Assembly: GCF_032191835.1 (NCBI RefSeq)
Contig: NC_083230.1
Location: 89,962,001-90,026,000, forward strand
Direction of reading: 5' to 3'
DNA from: Heteronotia binoei
Taxonomy: Eukaryota
Length of the DNA stretch: 64,000 bases
The position numbers and the translations under genes are program-made. Positions 63,493-64,000 of this stretch are shown here, piece after piece; within the stretch, counting starts at the first letter, position 1, and each line of letters opens with the position of its first letter. The notes below the pieces were generated by a model. It searched no databases. It saw only the letters and a program-made list of their open reading frames with translations, and was not told the DNA's origin.

Positions 63493-63704
63493 TAGGGTTG
63501 CCAGGTCTGTGTTGGTAAATACCTGGAAACTTTGGGGGTGGAGCCAAAAGAGGGCAGGGTTTGGGGAGGGGCCTCAGCACAGTACAATGCCATAGAGTCT
63601 ACCCTTCAAAGCAGCCATTTTCTCTAGGGGAGCTGATCTCTGCCAGCTGGAGATGTTGTAAAAGTGGGAGATCTCTAGGCCTCAACTGGAGGCTGGCAAT
63701 CCTA
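63493..63704. mobile_element. hAT (Blackjack-like TIR) MITE
   Basis: TAGGGTTGCCA...TGGCAATCCTA; perfect TSD AGAAGCAT. Confidence 0.88.
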
Positions 63705-64000
63705 AGAAGCATCAAGATAACAGAGCTGGCAGGGGATAATCAAAATCTGCAGCAATTTCTAGTTTCTAAAATCCATTGGTGTGTGTATGTGTGCGGAGAT
63801 AGCAGGCAATATTGGTTTATCTGTTTATTTAAAACATTTTTATGTTGCTCTTCCATCTGATCAGGGGTTCACAAGGTGGCAAACATAAAGAACATTACAT
63901 ATAAAACATTAAGCAATTAAAAGACAGCTGAAATTATAAAATAATTCAATTAAACACATAAAATGAGCAACGCTAGAAGGAGGGTCAGTAACTGTTATTG

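Overview
Vertebrate genomic DNA from a squamate reptile, probably a gecko, judged from the SINE and MITE families. The minus strand carries the last 13 coding exons of ABTB3/BTBD11 (ankyrin repeats plus BTB/POZ domain). All 13 have GT-AG boundaries and join into one open frame ending at 4334. The more 5' exons lie outside the window. The main accessory feature is a complete, young 6.35-kb DIRS1-type tyrosine-recombinase retrotransposon (44642-50993, minus strand), co-oriented with the host inside its 36226-51607 intron. It has inverted terminal repeats with a 159-bp identical core, a perfect bipartite internal complementary region, and three intact ORFs: Gag with a LAP2alpha-like domain, RT-RNaseH-MT, and YR. 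The element class is known. The less expected points are: Gag and YR are one frame broken by a single UGA; a strong 3' splice site and two consensus 5' splice sites bracket the RT/YR region in phase with the host exons; Gag carries an SR-protein-like domain; and the insertion site shares an ATCT core and lies next to an AT-palindrome repair scar. The rest of the window is intron dense in hAT and Harbinger-type MITEs (many with 8-bp TSDs), tRNA- and 5S-derived SINEs, L2/CR1 remnants, a solo LTR and a decayed Ngaro-like hydrolase fragment. One SINE tail appears to supply the polypyrimidine tract of a host exon. Family assignments come from recalled motifs, not from database searches.
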